DNA of 64,000 bases. Origin: Candidatus Thermosaccharophagus tengchongensis. GTDB lineage: Bacteria > Armatimonadota > Fervidibacteria > Fervidibacterales > Thermosaccharophagaceae. The first letter of the stretch is position 1, and each line of letters begins with the position of its first letter. Under the pieces are notes generated by a model that was given only the letters and a program-made list of their open reading frames with translations, did not search any database and was not told where the DNA came from. Positions 43,428-51,589 of this stretch are shown here, piece after piece. The DNA is taken from assembly GCA_032161105.1 (NCBI GenBank), contig JAVHTD010000002.1; one strand, written 5' to 3'. The position numbers and the translations under genes are program-made.

Positions 43428-43778
43428 GTTCGTAGTAAGCCACGAAGCGTTAGCGAAGTGGCGTTCGTATGACATTATTGACGGCACTTCACTTTGTTCC
43501 GTGCCTCACTACGAACCTTCGCCACAAAGTGAAAGCGGAGTGGCGTTCATATGACATCGTTCGTAGTAAGCCACGAAGCGATAGCGGAGTGGCGTTCATA
43601 TGGCATCATTGACGGCACTCCACTTCGTTTCGTGCCTTACTACGAACCTTCGCCACGAAGCGAAAGCGGAGTGGCGTTCATATGACATCGTTCGTAGTAA
43701 GCCACGGAGCGATAGCGAAGTGGCGTTCATATAACATCGTTGACGGCACTTCACTTCGTTTCGTGCCTCACTACGAAC
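43428..43778. repeat. Tandem array (131-bp period, about 2.7 units) of palindromic REPIN-like elements
   Basis: Units start at 43428, 43559 and 43690. Each has an 89-bp element bounded by the inverted ends GTTCGTAGTAAG ... CT(C/T)ACTACGAAC, with internal GCCAC/GTGGC and GGCAC/GTGCC stems. Confidence 0.88.
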
Positions 43779-43803
43779 CTTTGGACTCATTATCCGTTTG
43801 CAT

Positions 43804-43860
43804 GGGCGGACGATAGTCCGCCCGAAATCGTTCCTTCGGGCGGCTTGCAGCCGCCACTAC
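43804..43860. repeat. Second REP-like doublet (GTAG family)
   Basis: Hairpin GGGCGGAC-GATA-GTCCGCCC plus an inverted partner reading GTAGTGGCGGCTGCAAGCCGCCC on the minus strand. Confidence 0.6.
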
Positions 43861-44106
43861 TAAACACGGACACTGGTGAGCTTGAGTTGACTGGGATTAG
43901 CGTTTCAGTTCCAACGCCCGTGTGCGTAAGATTTGCAAAGCCGTTGGAGGAATGAGCACGCATAAGCCGTAGCAGCGTGAGTGAGGATAGCACCATGGAA
44001 CAGCTGCAATCTGCATCCCGTCATAATTATGAGTCCGAAATGCAACGGGCATCAGCAACGCGATGGTCTATCGGGTGCGCATAACGAATGAGTGAGGTGA
44101 ATCACG

Positions 44107-47100
44107 ATGGCGCACAAGTTTGCCTTAAGGCGTGCGTTAGCAGTTGGTTCATCACTTGGTGTGGTATTTGCGGCGCTCCTCATTTACATGCTGGCTCGCA
44201 GCGCAACCTCTGGGACATTGCAGCAAAGTGAGTATTTGCCCTCGCCACTTGAAACCCATCTTATCGGACAGCGTGAGTGGCTTGCTGGCTCAACAGCATC
44301 ATTGCGCATCATCGTCCGAAACCATGAGAAGGACGAACCAATCGCTAACGCGCAGGTTAAAGCCTCACTCAAACACGAGGGTGGACAAACGATACAGCTC
44401 TTCACGGAGCGCACAAATAGGCATGGGACGGTTGAGAGGGCATTCGCAGTGCCATCATGGGCAGTCGGCAGGAATGAACTTGAAGTCAATGTGAAGACAC
44501 CAATAGGGGAAGACAAAATCGTTGAAGCGGTCACTGTGCGTGATGAGGTGCGAATCCTGTTAACCACCGACAAGCCGCTGTATCAGCCGTCGCAAATCAT
44601 ACACATGCGTGCGCTGTGCCTGAATGCAGCGACTTTGAAGCCGGCATCCAACATGCAAATCTCGTTTGAGGTTGAGGACCCGAAGGGCAACAAAGTCTTC
44701 AGGAAGCGCGAGAGGACATCGCAATTTGGCATTGCCAGCGCAGACTTCCAACTCGCTGACGAAATCAACCTCGGAAACTATACCGTTAGAGCAGTTGCGC
44801 AAACCGCCGATGACAAAGGCGAGCTAAGGAAGGTTGGCGAAGCAACGCAGACCGTCAAAGTTGACCGATATGTTTTGCCCAAGTTCAAGGTTGAGCTTGA
44901 GACATCAAAGCGCTTCTACCTTCCGGGTGAGGAAGTTAGCGGGACGGTTAAGGCGAACTACTTCTTTGGCAAGCCGGTCTCCGACGGCGAGGTCATCATC
45001 AAGCTTTCAACATTTGATGTCGGTTGGAATCAGATTGCCGAGCTTCGTGGGCACACCGATGGCGATGGAGTTTATAGGTTCAGCTATCGCTTGCCCGTGC
45101 ACTTTGTCGGGCTGCCGCTTGAGCAGGGTAAAGCGCTGCTCAGAATTGATGTGCGGGTTACGGACAGGGCTGAGCATGAGGAGCAAATAACCGAAACGCT
45201 GCCTATAGCGAAAGAGGCAATAAGCATCGTCGTGATACCCGATAGCCAAGCATTTGCAAAGGGCATCCCCAACACGCTTTTCATGGTCACGACATATCCC
45301 GATGGGACGCCGGCTAAGGCGAGCATAAAAGCAGTTGGGGATGGAATCAACTGGCAAGGTGAGACGGATGAAGCCGGCATTGCTGAGCTGCAATTTGTGC
45401 CAGCCAAAGAGCCCATCAGCATTACCGTTGAAGCAATTGATAGGCAGGGCAACAGGGGCAAATTGGTGAGGACGATTGAGAGCCAAGTCAGCGATGAAGC
45501 CATTTTGCTCCGCACAAGTAAGGCAGTGGCGAAAGTCGGCGATGCAATACAGCTGACGGTTCTTTCGCCGAGGCGTGGTGGCACTGTCTACATTGATGCA
45601 ATCAGGGGAAGGCAAACTGTGCTCACCAAGGCGCTTGAGATGAACGGCACGAAGGGCGTCATGCAGCTGGCACTCACCGAGCAGATGATGGGCACATTGA
45701 CGCTTCACGCATACCGAATAACGAGGACGGGTCAAATTGTCCGTGATACAAAGGTCGTCTATGTCAATCCGGCTGAGGACCTGCGCGTATCCATCAAGCC
45801 GGACAGGGATGTGTATCTTCCGGGCAAGGAGGCGCGAATTGACTTTTCCGTTTCTGACACCTCAGGGAGACCATTGCTTGCAGCGCTCGGAATAACCGCA
45901 GTTGATGAGTCAGTCTATGCCCTTCAGGAAATGCAGCCGGGGCTTGAGAAGGTTTACTTCACGCTTGAGCGGGAGCTGCTTAAGCCGAGGTATGAAATTC
46001 ACGGCTTTGAACCGATAGTGATACTTCGTGAGCCAACAAGACCGATCCCGCTTGAGCGCAAGCAGCCGGCTGAGATTGATGAGAGGAAGCAAAGAGCTGC
46101 GAGGGTGCTGTTTGCTGCGGCAATGCCGGACTTGCACACAATGCATGTGAACACATGGCAGGTGAGGGCACAACAGCTCCGTGAGAAGTGGATTGAGCAT
46201 GCCGAGAAGGCTTACACGCGAGTGATGAATGCCCTTGAGCAATATCGCCGGCGCTATGGTGATTACCCGGAGCCAAAGGAAGTTATAGACGCCCTCATCC
46301 GTGAGAGGCTGCTCAGCCGCCAAGATGTGCTTGATCCTTTGGGGAGGGAGTATCGCGTTGAGCTTTTGAGGGGTCGCTTCCTTTCGCTCATCGGGGCAGG
46401 ACCGGACGGTGAGTTCGGGACAAGTGATGATGTGAGAATGCCACAGGAGCTTCGGTTGAAATTTCGGCGTGATGTAATTGCTTTGGAGGGAGGACCGATT
46501 CAAGCGCTTGCGGTTCCCCCGGGAGTTCCGGGAGTTAGAGGAGTTGTAGCCGAAGCCGAAAAAGCCGCAGCATTTGGCGCAGCCGGCGCTGGCGCGCCTG
46601 AGGCGCAGCAAATTCGCATAAGGCAGTTCTTCCCGGAGACGCTTTTGTTCATCCCGCAACTGATCACCGACGAGCGCGGCAGGGCATCGCTCAACCTGAC
46701 GATGGCTGACTCAATCACAACATGGCGGTTGACTGCGATGGCATCCTCTCTCAATGGCTTGCTCGGGAGCGCTGTAGCATCGTTGCGAGTCTTTCAGGAC
46801 TTCTTCGTTGACATTGACCTTCCGGTCAGCTTGACACAGGGGGACGAGGTCTCAATACCAGTTGCGATTTACAACTACTTGCCGGCTGCTCAAACTGTGC
46901 GCCTGCAACTTCAACCCGAAGATTGGTTTGAGCCGCTGAGCAGCATTGAGCAAACTGTGAGGATGAACGCCGGCGAAGTTGGCGTGGTTAGATTCCCGAT
47001 ACGGGTTAAGGCGCTCGGGACGCACAGCATGACAGTGGTCGCTCGTGGCGAGAAGATGAGCGACGCAATAAAGCGCCAAGTGATGGTTGTCCCAAACGGC

Positions 47101-48732
47101 AAGGAAGTCTGGCAGTCAATTAGCGACACGCTCAAAGGCAGCACAAGGAAGGTCGTGAAGATACCGCCGCAGGCGATTGATGACGCCTCAACGATACTTG
47201 TGCGCGTTTACGGTGGCGGGTTCAGCCAAGTCGTTGATGGCTTGGATAAACTGCTCCGCATGCCGTTCGGATGCTTTGAGCAAACCTCTTCCGTCACATA
47301 TCCGAATGTGCTCGTCCTTGATTACATGAAGCGCACAAGGCAAATCAACCCAGAGATACAGATGAAGGCTGAGCAGTATATCAACTTGGGCTATCAGCGC
47401 CTGCTCACATTTGAGGTCAAGGGTGGCGGCTTCTCATGGTTTGGCAATCCGCCGGCACATGAGGTGCTAACCGCATACGGGCTAATGGAGTTCAATGACA
47501 TGAGCAAGGTCTTTGAGATTGACGGGCGTGTGATAGAAAGAACTGCCAAGTGGCTCATCTCAAGGCAGCGTCAAGATGGCTCTTGGGAACCACCGAAGGA
47601 AGGGATTCGTGAGGGCGTCATAAACCGGCAGACGGATGTGATGCGAACGACGGCATACATTGCTTGGGCACTCACAGAGGCGTTGGCGAGCGTCTCTGAT
47701 GCGGAAGTGAAGCGCTCAATCGGAAGGGCGATTGATTACATGATGGGACAGCGGGTTGAAGGCGTTGAAGATGCCTATGCGCTCGCTGTGATTGCGAATG
47801 CGTTTGTCGGTTGGGATAGGGACAACCCTGTTACGGGACGATTGATTGAGAGGCTCGCCAACATGGCTATCGTTGATGGTGATTCAGCCTATTGGCGCAC
47901 GAGTGCGCCCACATTCACACACAGCAAAGGGATGACGGCTGACCTTGAGGCGACGGCGCTTGCCGCATATGCATTGTTGAGGGCTCGCTCGCATCCGGAT
48001 CTTGTGAGCAAGGCTTTGACATACCTCGTCAGGAACAAGGACGCTTTCGGCACTTGGCACAACACACAGGCAACCGTTTGGGCGCTTAAGGCGTTGCTGC
48101 TTGCGACTGAGGGCGCAACGAGCGAGATTGATGCTCAAATCACCATACGATGCAACGGGATGGAAGCAGCGAAGCTGCGTATCACGCCAGAAGATAGCGA
48201 TATCGTTCGCCAGGTTGACTTGAAGAAGTTCGTAAGGGAGGGCGATAATGAAATCGCTATTGACTGGCAGGGCAAAGGGAGCGCAATCTATCAAATCGCA
48301 TCACGGTTCTACTTGCCTTGGGATCTGATTCGGGGCGAGGAGAAGGAGCCGCTTGATGTAAGCGTTGATTACGACAGGCGTGAGCTGTCAGTCAACGACA
48401 TCGTCAAATGCACGGTGAGGGTGAAGAACAACCAACCGATGACGGCGAAGATGGTCATCGTTGATGTTGGCATACCGCCCGGCTTCCAAGTCATCTCCGA
48501 GGACTTGGCAAAGCTCGTGGAACAGAAGGTCATACAAAAGTTCAACCTGACTGGGAGGCAGGTTATCGTCTACCTTGAGGAGGTGCGCTCGCAAAGCACC
48601 GTGATAATTTCGTATCGCCTGAGGGCGACTTGCCCGATCAGGGCGAGCTCTGGCGCTGCTGCTGCCTACGAATACTATGCACCTGAGGAGACACGCGTTG
48701 AGGCAAAGCCAGTGAGGTTGGTTGTGAAGTGA
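44107..48732 (+). CDS. Alpha-2-macroglobulin / thioester-containing protein with inserted GspG-like domain
   Basis: TDKPLYQP (MG2), YVLPKFKV, AVDESV, RQFFPET, DSITTW, FFVDIDLPVSLT.GD, thioester PFGCFEQ, TQATVWAL, MVIVDVGIPPGF receptor-binding domain. Confidence 0.93.
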   Translation: MAHKFALRRALAVGSSLGVVFAALLIYMLARSATSGTLQQSEYLPSPLETHLIGQREWLAGSTASLRIIVRNHEKDEPIANAQVKASLKHEGGQTIQLFTERTNRHGTVERAFAVPSWAVGRNELEVNVKTPIGEDKIVEAVTVRDEVRILLTTDKPLYQPSQIIHMRALCLNAATLKPASNMQISFEVEDPKGNKVFRKRERTSQFGIASADFQLADEINLGNYTVRAVAQTADDKGELRKVGEATQTVKVDRYVLPKFKVELETSKRFYLPGEEVSGTVKANYFFGKPVSDGEVIIKLSTFDVGWNQIAELRGHTDGDGVYRFSYRLPVHFVGLPLEQGKALLRIDVRVTDRAEHEEQITETLPIAKEAISIVVIPDSQAFAKGIPNTLFMVTTYPDGTPAKASIKAVGDGINWQGETDEAGIAELQFVPAKEPISITVEAIDRQGNRGKLVRTIESQVSDEAILLRTSKAVAKVGDAIQLTVLSPRRGGTVYIDAIRGRQTVLTKALEMNGTKGVMQLALTEQMMGTLTLHAYRITRTGQIVRDTKVVYVNPAEDLRVSIKPDRDVYLPGKEARIDFSVSDTSGRPLLAALGITAVDESVYALQEMQPGLEKVYFTLERELLKPRYEIHGFEPIVILREPTRPIPLERKQPAEIDERKQRAARVLFAAAMPDLHTMHVNTWQVRAQQLREKWIEHAEKAYTRVMNALEQYRRRYGDYPEPKEVIDALIRERLLSRQDVLDPLGREYRVELLRGRFLSLIGAGPDGEFGTSDDVRMPQELRLKFRRDVIALEGGPIQALAVPPGVPGVRGVVAEAEKAAAFGAAGAGAPEAQQIRIRQFFPETLLFIPQLITDERGRASLNLTMADSITTWRLTAMASSLNGLLGSAVASLRVFQDFFVDIDLPVSLTQGDEVSIPVAIYNYLPAAQTVRLQLQPEDWFEPLSSIEQTVRMNAGEVGVVRFPIRVKALGTHSMTVVARGEKMSDAIKRQVMVVPNGKEVWQSISDTLKGSTRKVVKIPPQAIDDASTILVRVYGGGFSQVVDGLDKLLRMPFGCFEQTSSVTYPNVLVLDYMKRTRQINPEIQMKAEQYINLGYQRLLTFEVKGGGFSWFGNPPAHEVLTAYGLMEFNDMSKVFEIDGRVIERTAKWLISRQRQDGSWEPPKEGIREGVINRQTDVMRTTAYIAWALTEALASVSDAEVKRSIGRAIDYMMGQRVEGVEDAYALAVIANAFVGWDRDNPVTGRLIERLANMAIVDGDSAYWRTSAPTFTHSKGMTADLEATALAAYALLRARSHPDLVSKALTYLVRNKDAFGTWHNTQATVWALKALLLATEGATSEIDAQITIRCNGMEAAKLRITPEDSDIVRQVDLKKFVREGDNEIAIDWQGKGSAIYQIASRFYLPWDLIRGEEKEPLDVSVDYDRRELSVNDIVKCTVRVKNNQPMTAKMVIVDVGIPPGFQVISEDLAKLVEQKVIQKFNLTGRQVIVYLEEVRSQSTVIISYRLRATCPIRASSGAAAAYEYYAPEETRVEAKPVRLVVK

Positions 48733-48736
48733 TGCT

Positions 48737-49552
48737 TTAAAGCTCCACATCCCTCGGTGCGAGTGAGAGAACGCCCCTTAGGATGCCTATGAGCGTCGTG
48801 TTCGGTGGCAGGGCCACCTCCAAACTGATATATTGCGGCTTTGATAGCTTTGAGAGCTCCGCAAAGAATTGGTGCCAGTTGATGCAGCCCCTCCCCGGGG
48901 GCAAATGCAGATCTTCAAAACCATCGTTATCGTTCCAATGAATGATGATCAAATGCGGTGCGAGGGTGTGCAGCGATTGTATCAATCCCTCAGCGCTTAT
49001 GTTCGCATGACCGGTATCAAGGCACACCTTTAATCGCTCGCTCGACACGCTCGCAACCAGCTCAATTAGCTCTGAGGAGCTGTCACCGATGGCAATCGGA
49101 GTGAGGTTTTCAACGGCGATGATGACATTGTATTTTTCCGCCCACTCAATGAGCCTTGCGAGGCTATCAATTGATGCCCTCAGGGCTTCCTCACGCATAC
49201 CAGCATCGTGCAATCTTCCCCCGGGGTGCACAACAACGACGCTCGCACCGATGGCTCTCGCCACTTCAATTGCGCGCCTGTGTGCAGTGATGGCTCGTTG
49301 CCTGTGCGAATGGTCTAAGCTGCTCAAATCGTATTGTCCGCCGTATGGCGCATGCAATGCACAAGCTTGAACGCCATTCTTATGCAACGCAGCGCTGAGA
49401 GCACTCACTTCAGCTTCGTCAAAGAAGTTGAAGTGGTGCTCGCCATCAGCCCAAACTTCAATTGAGCTTGCTCCTTCCTTCGCGAGCTTGTGAATGTAGC
49501 GTGACAGGCGCACGCCATGAAACATTGATGAACAAACTATCAAGCGCATCAT
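48737..49552 (-). CDS. Sugar phosphate isomerase/epimerase (TIM barrel)
   Basis: LHAPY, VVVHPG, AVEN, CLDTGHA, H.NDNDG..DLHLPPG.G.INW. Confidence 0.85.
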   Translation of the reverse strand: MMRLIVCSSMFHGVRLSRYIHKLAKEGASSIEVWADGEHHFNFFDEAEVSALSAALHKNGVQACALHAPYGGQYDLSSLDHSHRQRAITAHRRAIEVARAIGASVVVVHPGGRLHDAGMREEALRASIDSLARLIEWAEKYNVIIAVENLTPIAIGDSSSELIELVASVSSERLKVCLDTGHANISAEGLIQSLHTLAPHLIIIHWNDNDGFEDLHLPPGRGCINWHQFFAELSKLSKPQYISLEVALPPNTTLIGILRGVLSLAPRDVEL

Positions 49553-49804
49553 CGCTCCCTTCTCGGCTTTCCCATTTGCACCCGTGAGGGCATCACCGTT
49601 CCATTATGCCAAAGTTGGGGACAACGATGAATCTGAAGCGAATGTCAACTCCGACCTATTCACCGTAAGCATCGCAAACTGTGCCGCCTTGCAGGACCGA
49701 AGGGCATTTCTCACTCAACCTTTTCCCTTCCATTCCCCATTGGTGCCACGCTGCACACTATTATGCGGGGTCAATACAATAAGTGCAAAGTGGGGTGTGC
49801 GCAG

Positions 49805-50824
49805 TTGAGTGCGTTAAACGGCTTATGCAAAATTGATCTAAGCGCCAGAGTTGGGCGATTGACATTGCGGACGCCAATCATACTGGCATCAGGTTGTTGT
49901 GGCTACGGCTTTGAACTTTTGAGGGTGAACGACTTCCCGTGGGAGGATGTCGGTGCGCTTGTGCTAAAGAGCGTAACCGTGAAGCCGAGGTCTGGAAAGC
50001 CGCCACCAAGGGTTGCCGAGGTCACCGCCGGAATGTTAAACGCCATCGGCGTGCAAAATGAGGGCATAGATGCGTTTATGGAAAAGGTTGTCCCGAAGCT
50101 GAGCGAACTGCCATGCACGGTCATCGCGAGCATCATAGGTGAGACGAAGGAAGAGTATGGGGTGCTCGCTGAAGCCATGAGCAAGTGCAATAGCATAGCA
50201 GCCATTGAGGTCAACATATCCTCACCGAACATAGAGCGTGGCGGAATTGAGTTTGGGGTTGACCCGGATGCAGCTGGTGAAATCACGAGGCTCGTCAAGG
50301 GGCTATCTGATAAAGATGTGTGGGTGAAGCTCTCACCGAATGCCCATGACATTGCACTCATTGCGCAGAGGTGCGCCGAAGCCGGGGCTGATGTCCTCGT
50401 GCTCACAAACACAGTTCCCGCAATGGGTCTTGATATGCGCTCCTTCCCTCCAAAGCCGTTGCTTGGGGCGGTTGTTGGTGGTTTATCAGGTCCGGCTATA
50501 AAGCCGATAGTCGTCCGCAAGGTGTATGAGGCGGTGAGGCAGCTGCGCAAAATGGCGGTGAGCACTCAAGTTGTAGCATCTGGCGGTGTTTGGAGGGGGC
50601 ATGACATCATTGAATATCTCTCAGTTGGAGCGGTTGCTGTGCAGGTTGGGACGCTGCTTTTGCACGATGTGCATGCGCCAAGGAGACTGCGCATTGAGCT
50701 TGAGCAATATGCGCAATGGGTGTATGGACTCACGGGCGATGAGAAGTGGCTGCGCATATCAAGTTATATCGGGTGTGCATTGCAAGCGTGTGAATCATGG
50801 GGGGGTGTGAATGATGAGGGTTAG
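49805..50824 (+). CDS. pyrD: Dihydroorotate dehydrogenase, class 1-like catalytic subunit
   Basis: ILASGC, MLNAIGVQNEG, EVNISSPN, VKLSPN, NT, GGLSGPAIKP, SGGV, VQVGT; start uncertain. Confidence 0.88.
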   Translation: MSALNGLCKIDLSARVGRLTLRTPIILASGCCGYGFELLRVNDFPWEDVGALVLKSVTVKPRSGKPPPRVAEVTAGMLNAIGVQNEGIDAFMEKVVPKLSELPCTVIASIIGETKEEYGVLAEAMSKCNSIAAIEVNISSPNIERGGIEFGVDPDAAGEITRLVKGLSDKDVWVKLSPNAHDIALIAQRCAEAGADVLVLTNTVPAMGLDMRSFPPKPLLGAVVGGLSGPAIKPIVVRKVYEAVRQLRKMAVSTQVVASGGVWRGHDIIEYLSVGAVAVQVGTLLLHDVHAPRRLRIELEQYAQWVYGLTGDEKWLRISSYIGCALQACESWGGVNDEG

Positions 50825-51524
50825 TTGCCCTCACAGGTGGGATGTGACGCCTGAGGAGGCTATTGAGATACAGCGCCAATTAGCCCCGCAGGTCATTGAT
50901 GAAGATGTTGTGCCCGACCTGTTGTCATCGGCACGCTATGTTGCAGGCGTTGATGTCCATCAGGCTGCGGATGGGAAGATGAGAGCTGTCGTATGCGTGC
51001 TCACCTTCCCATCGCTCACGGTTGAGGAATATGCCGACGCCGAGGTTGAAGTCTCGTTTCCATACATTCCGGGATTGCTCGCCTTCCGTGAGGGTCCGGC
51101 AGTGCTTAAGGCGTTTGAGAAGCTCAATGTGACTCCCGACTTCATACTTTGGGATGCACAGGGGAGGGCTCACCAGAGGCGTCTTGGACTTGCCTCGCAG
51201 ATGGGCTTAATCCTTGACATACCATCGGTGGGGTGCGCAAAGAGCATCCTGTATGGCGAATGGACTGAGCCGAGGGATGAGGTCGGCGCTTGGACTCCAA
51301 TCATTGACCCGAAAGATGGCGATATCATCGGCGCAACGGTGCGCACAAAGAGGGGCGTTCAACCGGTGTTCGTCTCAATTGGGCACAAGGTCAGCTTGGA
51401 GACAGCCATTGAGCTCGTGCTCAGATGCTGCGCGGGATATCGCATACCAGAGCCACTGCGCTGCGCGCATAAGCGTGCGAAGGAACAACCAAAGGAGCAA
51501 AGCGAACAGCTCAGCTTGTTCTAA
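50811..51524 (+). CDS. nfi: Endonuclease V
   Basis: GVD, PYIPGLLAFRE, D.QG.AH.RR.GLAS, GCAKS, VSIGH, RIPEP. Confidence 0.94.
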   Translation: MMRVSCPHRWDVTPEEAIEIQRQLAPQVIDEDVVPDLLSSARYVAGVDVHQAADGKMRAVVCVLTFPSLTVEEYADAEVEVSFPYIPGLLAFREGPAVLKAFEKLNVTPDFILWDAQGRAHQRRLGLASQMGLILDIPSVGCAKSILYGEWTEPRDEVGAWTPIIDPKDGDIIGATVRTKRGVQPVFVSIGHKVSLETAIELVLRCCAGYRIPEPLRCAHKRAKEQPKEQSEQLSLF

Positions 51525-51589
51525 TGGCATTGCTCGCCCTTTAACATCGGCATGGTGGAGGTGCTATCCCACTGGGCAGGCTCACAGCT

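Noticed and set aside
43428..43778. CRISPR array
   Set aside because: Whole 131-bp units repeat with no unique spacers, and there are no cas genes in the window
43254..43996. Short ORFs across the repeat region (43254-43487, 43309-43554, 43596-43790, 43740-43955, 43790-43996)
   Set aside because: They are translations of the palindromic repeats, with no recognisable protein motifs or convincing RBS
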